From positions 14,223 to 78,222 of the forward strand of contig CAWEUD010000030.1 in assembly GCA_963812115.1 (NCBI GenBank): a stretch of DNA of 64,000 nucleotides. The letters are read 5' to 3'. The first letter of the stretch is position 1. Each line of letters opens with the position of its first letter. Positions 18,201-27,782 of this stretch are shown here, piece by piece. This stretch comes from an uncultured Chloroflexia bacterium. Lineage in GTDB: Bacteria > Chloroflexota > Limnocylindria > QHBO01. The translations under genes and the position numbers were made by a program. Below the pieces are notes generated by a model that was not told the DNA's origin, did no database searches, and saw only the letters and a list, made by a program, of their open reading frames with translations.

Positions 18201-18453
18201 CCGCGAGGCGGGACACCGGCTGCAGACCCTTCGCAAGGAGGCGGGATACGAGATCAGCGATCGCATCCGCGTCTCGATCGCCGGAGTGGGACCGGCCGTC
18301 GAGCGCCTGCTGCCGTTCCGTGACTGGCTTGCCGAGGAGGTCCTGGCGGACGAGCTGCGCATCGGTGGCAAGGCAGGCCTGGACGCGGCCGATGCCCGCG
18401 ACGAGCTCGAGGTCGACGGCGAGTCGCTGCGGCTGGAGGTCGGACGCGCCTGA
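15271..18453 (+). CDS. ileS: Isoleucyl-tRNA synthetase
   Basis: 1060 aa. HIGH-region variant PMGVHHAWGRTYKD. KMSKS variant EMHKSKGN. TTG start 4 nt after GGAGG (15262-15266). Confidence 0.97.
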   Translation: MFKPVSSKLDLPALEREQIEVWRERDTMARYLARNDASEKRYSFIDGPITANNPMGVHHAWGRTYKDLYQRYHTMLGEKQRYQNGFDCQGLWIEVEAEKELGFRNKRDIEQYGIDRFVEFCKARVAKFAGRITEQSIRLGMWMDWDNSYYTNSDENNYTIWAFLAECHRQGLVYRGHDVMPWCPRCGTGLSNQELATEGYRELSHLSLTLRLPITTEGRENEDLLVWTTTPWTLSSNVAAAVHPELTYELVEGRDGRGWWVSAGSRERVVPDGRVLRTARGAELVGLAYAGPFDELEAAAGVAHRVIAWSDVSDEEGTGIVHIAPGAGQEDFALSKVNDLAVIDPIDEFGVFRDGFGWQSGRYAGADDPGGADLAREVADDLEVKGLLVARQQYRHSYPVCWRCGTQVVFRLVDEWFIAMDPLRGLLSDATRTVTWLPEGIGLEERELDWLRNMADWMISKKRYYGLALPIWECTDCEGWEIIGSHDELKQRAVAGWDEFEGHSPHRPWIDAVEIECRSCGGRSRRTRDVGNPWLDAGIVGLSTLKWNSDRDYWANWYPADWISESFPGQFRNWFYALLTECTVMTGEAPMRTLFGYALLRDEHGEEMHKSKGNAIWFDDAAAEIGADVMRWMFSATNPATNMNFGHHLAHEEVRRFFLPIWNTYGFFVTYARLDGWTPDGTDGDAESRTLLDRWILSRLDGLVGDVRSALDNYDALRATRAIEAFVDQLSNWYVRRNRRRFWKGELDGDKRAAYATLYRVLVDVTRLLAPFVPHFADAIWQNLVTAVDADAPDSVHLVGFPDQRPQLRDASTEASVELARRVVALGRTARAASGVRTRQPLPAVRVKLPAAAGGTLSAEAGVDAELVAHVLEELNVKALEVLDDESEMVERSLFPLLPVIGPRRGSQVGAIMAGAKAGTWRLLDDGRVEVSGIELAPDEFQLTARARPGYQVAEEGDVLVALDTELTPDLAAEGLAREAGHRLQTLRKEAGYEISDRIRVSIAGVGPAVERLLPFRDWLAEEVLADELRIGGKAGLDAADARDELEVDGESLRLEVGRA

Positions 18454-18479
18454 GCGGCGGCATCGCGTACCATCGGCAC

Positions 18480-18995
18480 ATGACCCCCGATGCGCCTGCG
18501 AGGCGCCGCCGCACCGAGCTGGCGGTGCTGGGCATCACGGCGCTGACGTGGCTCATCGCCGACCAGGTCACGAAGGCGATGGTCGTGGGGAACGTTCCGT
18601 TCAACGGCAGCCGCGAGCTGCTGGGCGACCTCGTGATCATCTGGCACGTTCGGAATGCCGGCTCGGCCTTCAGCCTCTTCCAGTTCGAGGGCAGCATCAT
18701 CCTGTTCTACGCCGTCCACGTGCTGGCGCTCGGGATGGTGACCTACTTCCACCGGATCTTCCACGGCCGGTCGATCTGGTTGCAGCTGGTCCTCGGGATG
18801 CTGCTCGGGGGCTCGATCGGGAACCTGGCCGATCGCCTGCGGCAGGGATACGTCACCGACTTCATCAGCGTCGGCTTCGGCGATACGCGCTTCCCGACCT
18901 GGAACATCGCCGATGCCGGCATCACCGTCGGCATCAGCCTGCTGGTCGCCTACCTCGTCCTGCTCGAGCCGCGGCGCACGGCCCCGGCATCGTGA
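18480..18995 (+). CDS. lspA: Lipoprotein signal peptidase II
   Basis: DQVTK...NAGSAFS...GGSIGNLADR...VTDFI...WNIADAGI are LspA motifs. Four TM segments. Confidence 0.93.
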   Translation: MTPDAPARRRRTELAVLGITALTWLIADQVTKAMVVGNVPFNGSRELLGDLVIIWHVRNAGSAFSLFQFEGSIILFYAVHVLALGMVTYFHRIFHGRSIWLQLVLGMLLGGSIGNLADRLRQGYVTDFISVGFGDTRFPTWNIADAGITVGISLLVAYLVLLEPRRTAPAS

Positions 18996-19969
18996 GCCCG
19001 GCCACCGGGGAGCGGCGGGTCGAGGGGCCCGCACCGGCCGGCCGCCTCGATCTCGCGGTGGTGCAGCTGGCGGGCATCAGCCGGGCCCACGCCCAGCGCC
19101 TCATCTCCGACGGGCGCGCCCTCGTCGACGGCGGGCGGGGGAAGGCCAGCGACCGGCTTCGCGGGGGCGAGCACGTGACGGTGGAGCTCACGGCGCCCCC
19201 GGACGTGACCCTCCGTCCCGAGCGCATTCCACTCACGGTCGCGTACGAGGACGCCACCATGCTCGTGGTCGACAAGCCGGCCGGCCTCGTCGTCCACCCC
19301 AGCGCAGGGCATGCCACCGGGACGCTCGTCAACGCCCTGCTGGGTCGCGCGGAGGAGCGCGGGGAGCCGCTCGGCTCGATTGCCGGCGTGGGTCGGCCGG
19401 GGATCGTGCACCGGCTCGACAAGGACACGTCCGGCCTCCTGCTGGTCGCCAAGACCGACGCGGCTCAGCAGAGCCTGATGCGCCAGTTCGCCGCCCACGC
19501 GATCGAGAAGGAGTACGTCGCGCTGGTACGCGGCGAGGCGCCGGCCTCCAGGGGACGAATCGAGGCGCCGGTCGGCCGCGACCCGCGGGACCGGCAGCGG
19601 ATGGCGGTCGTGGCGGGGGGCCGTGAGGCGGTGACCGACTACGAGCTCCTCGCTTCGCGGCCGGGCTTCGCCCTGCTCGTCCTACGGCCGCGAACGGGAC
19701 GTACCCATCAGCTCCGCGCCCACCTGTCGTACCTGCACCTGCCGATCGTCGGCGACGAGCGCTATGGCGGCGGCACGGGGCCTGGAGGCCTGGCTCGCCA
19801 GTTCCTGCACGCCGCTCGACTCGGGCTGGAGCGACCGCTCGACGGCCGGCGCCTGCGCGCCTGGAGCGCGCTCCCGCCTGATCTGGCCGCCTGCCTGTCG
19901 GTCGTTGGGCTAGAGTCGGATGCCCTGCCGACGGGCGTCGGAGCGCAGGCGGAGGAGGTGGCGCGGTGA
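18992..19969 (+). CDS. rluD: 23S rRNA pseudouridine synthase, RluD/RluA family
   Basis: S4-like N-terminus plus the catalytic motif GIVHRLDKDTSGLLLVAK. GTG 18992 overlaps the lspA stop (GTGA). Confidence 0.9.
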   Translation: MSPATGERRVEGPAPAGRLDLAVVQLAGISRAHAQRLISDGRALVDGGRGKASDRLRGGEHVTVELTAPPDVTLRPERIPLTVAYEDATMLVVDKPAGLVVHPSAGHATGTLVNALLGRAEERGEPLGSIAGVGRPGIVHRLDKDTSGLLLVAKTDAAQQSLMRQFAAHAIEKEYVALVRGEAPASRGRIEAPVGRDPRDRQRMAVVAGGREAVTDYELLASRPGFALLVLRPRTGRTHQLRAHLSYLHLPIVGDERYGGGTGPGGLARQFLHAARLGLERPLDGRRLRAWSALPPDLAACLSVVGLESDALPTGVGAQAEEVAR

Positions 19970-20595
19970 CCGAGGAGGTCGAGCCGGACAAGCGGATGAC
20001 CTTCCCGCACCCGATGCTGGTCGTCGTGTCGGGGCCGTCCGGGGTCGGGAAGAGCACCATCGTGGCCCAGCTGGCCGCCGCGCGGCCGCAGGTCGTGCCC
20101 ATCGTCACGGCCACGACGCGTGACCGCCGGCCCGGCGAGGTCGACAAGGTCCACTACCACTTCCTGGCGCCGGAGGAGTTCGACCGGCTGCTGGCGGAGG
20201 GGGGCCTGCTCGAATCGGCCCGCGTCCACGGAAACTGGTACGGGACGCCGATCGACCAGGTGCGCGGGATCCTCGCCGCCGGCCGCGATGCCATCCTCAC
20301 CATTGATCCGCAGGGCGCGCGCTCGGTCCGTACGAAGGTGCCCGACGCGCTGCTGATCTTCGTCATGCCGCCCTCGATGGAGGACCTCGACTCGCGGCTC
20401 ACGGGACGCGGCTCGGAGGACGCCGATTCGCTGGCCGTGCGGCGGAGCAACGCCGAGCGTGAGATGGCCGCCAGCGGCGATTACGACTACGTGATCGTCA
20501 ACGAGACGGGCCACCCCGATGCCGCCGCGGACCGCATCTGGGAGATCATCCAGGCCGAGGCGCGACGCGACCCACCACGGCGCGTGGACGTCTGA
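19966..20595 (+). CDS. gmk: Guanylate kinase
   Basis: P-loop VVVSGPSGVGKST. ...TTRDRRPGEVDKVHYHF... GTG overlaps the rluD stop. Confidence 0.93.
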   Translation: MTEEVEPDKRMTFPHPMLVVVSGPSGVGKSTIVAQLAAARPQVVPIVTATTRDRRPGEVDKVHYHFLAPEEFDRLLAEGGLLESARVHGNWYGTPIDQVRGILAAGRDAILTIDPQGARSVRTKVPDALLIFVMPPSMEDLDSRLTGRGSEDADSLAVRRSNAEREMAASGDYDYVIVNETGHPDAAADRIWEIIQAEARRDPPRRVDV

Positions 20596-20605
20596 GGCGC
20601 TCGCC

Positions 20606-22978
20606 GTGCGCGAGGGGCAGGAGCGGGTCGTGCGAGTGGCGGTCGACGCCGTGGCGGACCGTCCGGAGCGCACCTTCAGCTACCGCCTGCCAGCCGAGAT
20701 GGCGGAGGCCGCACCGGGGTCGCTGCTGCTGGTTGCCTATGGACGGCGGCTCGCGCTCGGCTACCTGCTCCCGGGACCGGCGGCGGTGGAGGAGGGAACC
20801 GAGCTGCGAGAGGTCGAGGGGATCGTCTCCGGACCGATGCTCACCCCGGACCTGCTGGAGCTTGCGGAGCAGATCGCGGCCTACTACCGAGCACCGGTCG
20901 GGACGACCGTGGCGGCGATGCTGCCTCCCGGCCTCGAGTCGCGGCTGCAGCGGCGGTGGACGGTCGCTGGCAGCAGCACCGAGGTCCCCGCCACATTGCG
21001 CGAGCAGGCCGCGGCGGCCGCCGATGGCACCTTCGGGGACGCCGCGCTGCGACGTGTCGCGCCGGCCAGGGGCCGGGAGGCTTGGATCGAGCGGCTGCGG
21101 CGAACCGGGGCGATCCGCCCCCGCTGGGAGCTGAGCCCGCCAGAGGTCGGCGAGCGGCGCGTCCGCGTCCTGCGGGCGATTCCCGGTGCCGCCGGCCCTT
21201 CCCGGCGGGCTCCGCTGCAACGCGCGCTGCTGGAGGCCCTCGACGGCGGCGAGCAGACGCTGCCGGAGCTTGCGGAGCAGATCGGCGCGGAGGCGGCGAG
21301 CCTCCTCTCGCCGGCGAGACGCCTGGCGGCCATCGGGGCTGCCGAGCTGGACTGGCGCGTGGTCGAGCGCGACCCACTGGCGCATCGGCTCAGCCTGGAG
21401 GCCGTGCGGCACGAGCTGGCCGATGAGCAGGCGACCGCGGTCGACAGGATCGAGGCGCTGAGCGCGGGTGGCGAGCTCCTGCTCGAGGGCGTGGCCGCCG
21501 CCGGCAAGACCGACGTCTACCTGGCCGCGGTGGCGGCCTGCGTGGAGCGCGGCGAGACGGCGATCGCGACCGTGCCGGAGCTCTCGATGGTGCCGCAGCT
21601 CGTCGATCGCCTCCAGCCGCTGGTGGGTGAGCGGTTGGCGGTCCTGCACTCCGGCCTATCGGCTGGTGAACGCCACGACCAGTGGTGGCGCATCCTGCGC
21701 GGCGAAGCCTCGCTGGTCGTCGGAACGCGCACCGCCATCTTCGCTCCGCTGCAGCGGCTCGGCCTGATCATCATCGACGAGGCGCACGACGGCGCCTACA
21801 AGTCGGATCGCACGCCGCGCTACGACGCGCGCTGGGCCGCGCGCAGGCGGGCGGCGCTGACCGGTGCGCGCCTGGTGCTCGGCACCGCGACACCGGGCGT
21901 CGTCACGCTGGCCCGCGTACGCGGCGGGATGGTGGAGCTGGTGCGCCTGCGCGAGCGCCGTGTCGGCAGCGCCCCGGCCGTCGAGGTGGTGGACATGCGC
22001 GCCGAGCTGGCGGAGGGCAACCGCTCCATCTTCTCCCGCCCGCTGCGAGCGGCGCTCAGCAGCCTGCGCGCCGGCAGCGAGCAGGCGATCCTGCTCATCA
22101 ACCGGCGCGGCACCGCCACCTTCGTCCTCTGTCGCGACTGCGGCGAGAGCCTTCGCTGCCCCGACTGCGACCTGCCCTTCGTGTACCACTCGGTGGGGGA
22201 GTCGCTGCGCTGCCACCACTGTGGCCGCACGACCCGTCCCCCGGAGCGCTGCCCGGCCTGCGGGTCGGCGCGCATCCGCTACTTCGGCGCCGGCACGCAG
22301 CGGGTCGAGGGGGAGGTGGTCGCCCTGCGGCCCGACCTCCGCGTCTCGCGGCTCGACTCGGACGCCCTGGCGGGGCGTCGCAGCTTCGAGTCGATCTACG
22401 ACGACTTCCGCGACGGTCGGTCCGACGTGCTGGTCGGCACGCAGCTCGCGGCGAAGGGCCTCGATCTCCCCTCGGTCACGCTGGCAGCGGTGATCGCCGC
22501 GGATGTCACGCTCAACCTGCCCGACTACCTCGCTCCGGAGCGCACGTTCCAGCTCCTGGCGCAGGTCGCCGGTCGCGCGGGACGTGGCCCACTGCCGGGC
22601 CGCGTCCTCATCCAGGCCTACGCCCCGGAGCACTACGCCATCCGGGCCGCGGCGGCCATGGACGTCGACCGCTTCGCCGACGAGGAACTGGGGCGGCGAC
22701 GCCTGTTGGGCTACCCGCCGGCGACGGTGCTGGCGCGCCTGCTGATCGCGGATCCCGACCGTGCGCGGGCCGAGGAGCGCGCACGACAGGCCGCAACCGC
22801 CGTGGCCGGGGAGGGCGTCGAGGTCCACGGTCCCCTGCCGGCCTACGTCGCGCGCCGGGCGGGGCGCTGGCGCTTCCAGGTCGTGCTGCGGGCCAGCGAT
22901 GAGGCGCGGCGCCTCGCAGCGCTCGAACGCACGCCGGGCGGCGTGGCCATCGACGTGGACCCGGAGTCGCTGCTCTAG
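20606..22978 (+). CDS. priA: Primosomal protein N' (replication restart helicase)
   Basis: Walker A GVAAAGKTDVY, DEAH-like IIIDEAHD, Cys-rich zinc motifs (CRDCGESLRCPDC...CHHCG...CPACGS). GTG 20606 chosen just after the gmk stop; the ORF is open from 20519. Confidence 0.9.
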   Translation: MREGQERVVRVAVDAVADRPERTFSYRLPAEMAEAAPGSLLLVAYGRRLALGYLLPGPAAVEEGTELREVEGIVSGPMLTPDLLELAEQIAAYYRAPVGTTVAAMLPPGLESRLQRRWTVAGSSTEVPATLREQAAAAADGTFGDAALRRVAPARGREAWIERLRRTGAIRPRWELSPPEVGERRVRVLRAIPGAAGPSRRAPLQRALLEALDGGEQTLPELAEQIGAEAASLLSPARRLAAIGAAELDWRVVERDPLAHRLSLEAVRHELADEQATAVDRIEALSAGGELLLEGVAAAGKTDVYLAAVAACVERGETAIATVPELSMVPQLVDRLQPLVGERLAVLHSGLSAGERHDQWWRILRGEASLVVGTRTAIFAPLQRLGLIIIDEAHDGAYKSDRTPRYDARWAARRRAALTGARLVLGTATPGVVTLARVRGGMVELVRLRERRVGSAPAVEVVDMRAELAEGNRSIFSRPLRAALSSLRAGSEQAILLINRRGTATFVLCRDCGESLRCPDCDLPFVYHSVGESLRCHHCGRTTRPPERCPACGSARIRYFGAGTQRVEGEVVALRPDLRVSRLDSDALAGRRSFESIYDDFRDGRSDVLVGTQLAAKGLDLPSVTLAAVIAADVTLNLPDYLAPERTFQLLAQVAGRAGRGPLPGRVLIQAYAPEHYAIRAAAAMDVDRFADEELGRRRLLGYPPATVLARLLIADPDRARAEERARQAATAVAGEGVEVHGPLPAYVARRAGRWRFQVVLRASDEARRLAALERTPGGVAIDVDPESLL

Positions 22979-23003
22979 CTGCCAGCATCGGTACAATGCG
23001 GGC

Positions 23004-23510
23004 ATGGTCATCCGTCGCATCCTCACAGCCGAAGAACCGATCCTGCGTGAGCGCGCGAAGAAGGTGACGCAGTTCGACGCGTCGCTGCACCGGCTGCTCG
23101 ACGACATGCTGGTGACGATGCGCGACGCCCCCGGCATCGGCCTGGCCGCCAACCAGGTGGGCATCGGCCTGCAGGTGGCGGTCATCGAGCTCGAGGACAA
23201 GGTGACCGAGCTGGTCAATCCGGAGATCGTCCGGGGAACCGGTGAGATCGTCGACTGGGAGGGCTGCCTCTCCATTCCCGGTTTCGTGGCCGAGGTGACG
23301 CGGCATGCGCGCGTCACCGTCAAGGCCAAGGACCGGCATGGCAAGGAGTTCAGGGTGAAGGGTGAGGAGCTCTTCGCGCGGGCCCTGCAGCACGAGATCG
23401 ACCACCTCAACGGCGTCCTCTACATCGATCACCTCGAGTCGCTCGAAGAGCTGGTCCGCGTCAGCGACCGCCCGAGCGAGGTGGAGGAAGAGACCGCCGC
23501 GGGCATCTAG
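23004..23510 (+). CDS. def: Peptide deformylase
   Basis: GIGLAANQVG, EGCLSIPG and HEIDHLNG motifs. The ATG lies 6 nt after TACAAT (22992-22997), suggesting a leaderless transcript. Confidence 0.95.
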   Translation: MVIRRILTAEEPILRERAKKVTQFDASLHRLLDDMLVTMRDAPGIGLAANQVGIGLQVAVIELEDKVTELVNPEIVRGTGEIVDWEGCLSIPGFVAEVTRHARVTVKAKDRHGKEFRVKGEELFARALQHEIDHLNGVLYIDHLESLEELVRVSDRPSEVEEETAAGI

Positions 23511-24467
23511 GTGGGCGACCTCGGGCGCCTCATCTTCCTGGGAACCGGCAGCTTCGGAGTCCCGCTCCTGGCGCGCCTCGTCGCGCTGGGCGAAGCGCCG
23601 CTGGTGATCAGCCAGCCGGATCGTCCGGCCGGCCGTGGCCTGCAGACGCGTCCCTCGCCGATCGCCGCATGGTCACGCGAGCACGGCCTGCAGGTGGAGA
23701 CGCCGCGCCGCCTCCGGTCGGAGGAGAGCCGCGCGATCCTCCGCGAGTTCGCCCCTGACGCCCTGCTGCTGGCCGCGTACGGCCAGCTGGTGCCGAGCGA
23801 CGTACTGGAGATGGGCAAGCGGCCACCGCTCAACGTGCATCCGTCGCTGCTGCCGCGCCATCGCGGCGCGGCGCCCGTTGCCTCGACCATCCTCGCCGGT
23901 GACGATGTGGCGGGCGTGACGCTCATGATCATGACCCAGGAGCTCGACGCCGGCCCGGTCGTCGCCCAGTGGCCGGTCCAGCTCGCGGGACGCGAAACGA
24001 CGCCCGAGCTGGAGGAACGGCTCTCGGTGCTGGCCGCCGACGTGGTCCCCAGGCGCCTGCGCGACTGGCCGCGCGACGCCGCCGCGGCCGTGCCGCAGGA
24101 CGAAGCCGCCATGACCCACATCCATCCGTTCACCAGGGCGGACGGATGGATCGACTGGCACCGATCGGCCGAGGAGATCGACCGGCAGGTTCGCGCCCTG
24201 CAGCCGTGGCCGGGTGCCTGGACGACGCTCGACGCCCAACGGCTGCACGTCCGCGCCGCCCGGCCGGTGCCGGGTGTCAGCGGCGTTCCGATCGGGGCGC
24301 TGCTGCCCGGCGAATGGCCACAGGTGGCGTGCGGCGAGGGCGCACTGGTGCTCGAAGCCGTGCAGCCCGCCGGCCGCGCGGCGATGCCCGGCGACGCGTG
24401 GCGACGCGGCCTACCGCGTGACCACGTGCTGCTCGGGACGGCGCCCCCCGTCGTGGACGCTCCCTAG
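23511..24467 (+). CDS. fmt: Methionyl-tRNA formyltransferase
   Basis: N-terminal FLGTGSFGVP..., NVHPSLLPRHRGAAP motif, def-fmt synteny. GTG start directly after the def stop. Confidence 0.93.
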   Translation: MGDLGRLIFLGTGSFGVPLLARLVALGEAPLVISQPDRPAGRGLQTRPSPIAAWSREHGLQVETPRRLRSEESRAILREFAPDALLLAAYGQLVPSDVLEMGKRPPLNVHPSLLPRHRGAAPVASTILAGDDVAGVTLMIMTQELDAGPVVAQWPVQLAGRETTPELEERLSVLAADVVPRRLRDWPRDAAAAVPQDEAAMTHIHPFTRADGWIDWHRSAEEIDRQVRALQPWPGAWTTLDAQRLHVRAARPVPGVSGVPIGALLPGEWPQVACGEGALVLEAVQPAGRAAMPGDAWRRGLPRDHVLLGTAPPVVDAP

Positions 24468-25018
24468 CGCGCCGGTCGGGGCTCGGTCGGCGCTGGCTCC
24501 CCCGGGAGGTGCAGCAGGTTCTCGACCTCCCACACGCCGGGGATCCGGCGGGCCGCGTTCTCGAGGCGCTCGCTCATGCCCGCGTCGGGGACTTCGCCGC
24601 GCAGCACGACGATGCCCTGCTCGACGTTGATGTTGATGTCGCCCTTCGGCACGCTCGGATCGCCGAACAGCTCCGTCTCGACCTTGTCCGAGAGCGCGGC
24701 GTCGCTCGGCATCAGGTCACCGCCGTGGCCCCTGGTGATGGCCGAGGACTTGCCTTCGATGGTCGAGGTGACCCGGCGCCGCCCGCGCTCGAGCCCTTCG
24801 CCCGCATCGCGCGCCAGCGCCGCGGCCTGGTCGAGGTAGCGAGCGCGGCGCGAGCGGCCACGGTCGGGGTCGAACAGGTGCGCCAGTGCCGCGCCGATGG
24901 CGCCGCCGATGGCGCCCGCCAGCAGGAGGCTGCCCGGGCCGGGGCCCCTCCGACCAGTCTTCTCCTCCGCGACACGACGCGCCTCGCGCACGGCCTCCAT
25001 CCACTGCTTCTTGTTCAT
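24464..25018 (-). CDS. BON-domain protein with N-terminal Gly/Ala-rich hydrophobic segment
   Basis: C-terminal BON-like LSDKVETELFGDPSVPKGDININVEQGIVVLRGEVPD...VENLL. I chose ATG 25018 (MNKKQW...); the ORF is open to 25168. Confidence 0.65.
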   Translation of the reverse strand: MNKKQWMEAVREARRVAEEKTGRRGPGPGSLLLAGAIGGAIGAALAHLFDPDRGRSRRARYLDQAAALARDAGEGLERGRRRVTSTIEGKSSAITRGHGGDLMPSDAALSDKVETELFGDPSVPKGDININVEQGIVVLRGEVPDAGMSERLENAARRIPGVWEVENLLHLPGEPAPTEPRPAR

Positions 25019-25177
25019 GCTGCTTGCCCTCGCTGATGTGCATCGATTGTCGAGAGCCTCCACCCGCACGCCGCGTGCCGCCCCAACGGTTGGCGCGTCT
25101 TCATCTGGCCCGAACCGAGGCTTCACCGACCCTCGGCTATACTCGCCACGCTCCCAAGGAGGTAGCACGACACAACG

Positions 25178-25918
25178 ATGGGATTCCTGCCGTACATCCT
25201 GCTGGTGATGCTGCCGAGCATCGCCATCACCGGCTGGGCTGCGTGGCGCGTCCGCTCCACCTACGCCAAATGGTCGAAGGTCGACTCAGGCATCAACCTG
25301 TCCGCCTTCGATTTCGCTCGCCGGCTGCTCGACCGGCAGGGCCTGACCGATGTCCGTATCGAGCCGGTGCCCGGTCAGCTGACCGATCACTACGACCCGC
25401 GCGGCAAGGTGCTCCGCGTCAGCAGCGCCGTCTCCGGACAGCCGCAGCTGGGCAGGTTCGACCCCAAGCAGGCCGCGCTGGGCGTGCCGGGGGCCGAGCG
25501 CCTCTCCGTGGCCGCCGCCGCCGTGATCGCTCATGAAGTCGGCCACGCCCTGCAGGATCGCGAGGGCGACGCCTGGATGACCGTCCGCCAGGCCATCGTC
25601 CCGGCGGTCCAGTTCGGGAGCAGCATCGCCCCCTGGCTGATCATCGCGGGCGTCTGGTTCCAGATCCTGGGCCTTGCCTGGATCGGCCTGATCGCCTTCG
25701 GCGCGGCGGTGATCTTCACCTTCGTCACGTTGCCCGTCGAGATCGGCGCCTCAGGCAAGGCGCTGGCCTTCGTCGGCAACGTGGGCATGCTGGGCGAGCG
25801 ACAGGCGGGCGCCAGGGAGGTCCTCAAGGCGGCCGCCTGGACCTACGTGGCGGCCGCCCTGACCGCACTGCTGACTTTCCTCTACTACCTGATGCTGATC
25901 ATGGGACGTCGTGACTGA
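25178..25918 (+). CDS. Putative neutral zinc metallopeptidase (YugP-like membrane protein)
   Basis: HEVGHALQD zinc motif. TM segment at the N-terminus and TM helices at the C-terminus. Layout remembered for the YugP family. Confidence 0.75.
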   Translation: MGFLPYILLVMLPSIAITGWAAWRVRSTYAKWSKVDSGINLSAFDFARRLLDRQGLTDVRIEPVPGQLTDHYDPRGKVLRVSSAVSGQPQLGRFDPKQAALGVPGAERLSVAAAAVIAHEVGHALQDREGDAWMTVRQAIVPAVQFGSSIAPWLIIAGVWFQILGLAWIGLIAFGAAVIFTFVTLPVEIGASGKALAFVGNVGMLGERQAGAREVLKAAAWTYVAAALTALLTFLYYLMLIMGRRD

Positions 25919-27062
25919 GCTTCCTCTCGCCGGAGTTGCCCCGGCGATCAGCGAGATCGAACCGGAAGCGCTCGCCGCGTGGCACGAGGCCCGCGGCGAG
26001 CCTGCGTATCGGGCCCGCCAGGTCCTGGCCGGGGTGCACCGGCCGGAGACGGCCTCCTTTGAGGACCTCTCCGACCTGCCGGTTGCGCTGCGCGCCGCGC
26101 TCGCAGGTTCGTTCCGCTTCTCATCCATCCGTGCCAGCCACGTCCTGCGCGGCGACGACGGGCTGACCGCCAAGGCCGTCCACGAGCTCCACGACGGCCA
26201 GCGCGTCGAGTCGGTGCTGATGCACTCGCCGGAGCGGGGCAGGTCATCGGCCCGCACCACCATCTGCATCTCCAGCCAGGCCGGCTGTGCTGTCGGCTGC
26301 CCGTTCTGCGCCACCGGCCAGGCAGGCTTCGGGCGCCAGCTGACGCCAGCCGAGATCGTCGACCAGGTGCTGCACTGGCACCGTGAGCCGTGGCTGGCGC
26401 TTGGGGCCGGTTGGCGGCCTGGGGCGGGGACCGGCCACTACAACATCGTCTTCATGGGGATGGGCGAGCCGCTCAACAACCGGGAGCGCGTGTTCGGCGC
26501 CGTGCGCCTGCTGAACGATCCGCACCGGCTCGGCATCGGCGCCCGTCATATCACCGTGAGCACGTCGGGGGTTGTCCCGGGCATCGACGCCATGATCGAC
26601 GAGCTGCCGCAGGTCAACCTGGCCATCAGCCTGCACGCCGCTGACGACGAGCTGCGAGACGAGCTGGTGCCGATCAACCGGAAGTGGCGCCTCGACGCGG
26701 TCATCGACGCGGGACGGCGCTTCTCGGAGCTGACCGGGCGGCGCGTCAGCCTGGAGTACGTCATGATCGATGGCGTGAACGACTCGCTGGCCGACGCGGA
26801 GCGCCTGGCCGGCCGGGCACGCGGCTGGCGCAGCCACGTCAACCTGATCCCGCTCAACCCCACCCCCGGTTCGCGCTGGAGCGGGACGCCGCCCGGACGC
26901 GTCGCCGCCTTCGCGGAGGTCCTCGGCGCCGCCGGCGTGACGGTCACCGTGCGCGACACGCGTGGCCGCGAGATCGAGGCGGCCTGCGGACAGCTGCACG
27001 CGCAGCTCGCGAAACGACCCCTGCCCGTATCCGTGCAGCCGGTCGAGCCGGCCCTCCCATGA
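25911..27062 (+). CDS. rlmN: 23S rRNA/tRNA m2A methyltransferase, radical SAM
   Basis: CISSQAGCAVGCPFCATG radical-SAM cluster motif. ...NIVFMGMGEPL..., ...NLIPLNP... Confidence 0.93.
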   Translation: MTELPLAGVAPAISEIEPEALAAWHEARGEPAYRARQVLAGVHRPETASFEDLSDLPVALRAALAGSFRFSSIRASHVLRGDDGLTAKAVHELHDGQRVESVLMHSPERGRSSARTTICISSQAGCAVGCPFCATGQAGFGRQLTPAEIVDQVLHWHREPWLALGAGWRPGAGTGHYNIVFMGMGEPLNNRERVFGAVRLLNDPHRLGIGARHITVSTSGVVPGIDAMIDELPQVNLAISLHAADDELRDELVPINRKWRLDAVIDAGRRFSELTGRRVSLEYVMIDGVNDSLADAERLAGRARGWRSHVNLIPLNPTPGSRWSGTPPGRVAAFAEVLGAAGVTVTVRDTRGREIEAACGQLHAQLAKRPLPVSVQPVEPALP

Positions 27063-27751
27063 CCCGTCCGAAGCCGCGCCGCGCGCAGATCAGCGCCAGC
27101 ATCCTGAACGCGGACTTCGCCCGCCTCGGGGAGGAGGTGCGGCGCGCGGCCGATGCCGGGGTCGACTCAGTCCACCTCGACGTGATGGATGGTCATTTCG
27201 TCGAGAACATCAGCCTGGGCCCGGTGGTCGTCGAAGCGCTCCGTTCAGCGACCCCGCTGCCGTACCACAGCCACCTCATGATCAGCCAGCCGCTGCGCTA
27301 CGTGCGTGCATTCGCGGAGGCCGGCAGCGACCTCGTGGCGTTCCACGTCGAGGCCGATGACGACCCCGATGCGGTCATCCAGGAGATCCACCGCACCGGG
27401 CGTGCGGCCGGCCTGGCCCTCAATCCCGAGACGCCGGTCGAGGCCGCCATCCCGTACCTCGAAGCCGTCGACCTCGTGCTGGTCATGTCCGTCCACCCTG
27501 GCTGGGGTGGCCAGGCTTTCATCGCCGATGTCCTGCCGAAGCTCACGGCGCTGCGCGCCGAGGCGGACCGGCGCGGGCTGGACCTGCCGATCGGCGTCGA
27601 CGGCGGTGTCAACCTGGAGACCATCGGTCCCGCGTATGCTGCCGGCGGCGACGTCCTGGTCACCGGGAGTGCCCTCTACGCCAACGAGGGCGACCTCACG
27701 CCGGTGGTGGACGCGCTGCGCACCGCCGCGACCGATCTCGGCGCAAGCTGA
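27059..27751 (+). CDS. rpe: Ribulose-phosphate 3-epimerase
   Basis: ISASILNADF...HLDVMDGHFV...SVHPGWGGQAF...VDGGV... The ATG overlaps the rlmN stop (ATGA). Confidence 0.95.
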   Translation: MTRPKPRRAQISASILNADFARLGEEVRRAADAGVDSVHLDVMDGHFVENISLGPVVVEALRSATPLPYHSHLMISQPLRYVRAFAEAGSDLVAFHVEADDDPDAVIQEIHRTGRAAGLALNPETPVEAAIPYLEAVDLVLVMSVHPGWGGQAFIADVLPKLTALRAEADRRGLDLPIGVDGGVNLETIGPAYAAGGDVLVTGSALYANEGDLTPVVDALRTAATDLGAS

Positions 27752-27782
27752 ACCGCCAAGCTGAATCGAAAGGAGCCACCCG

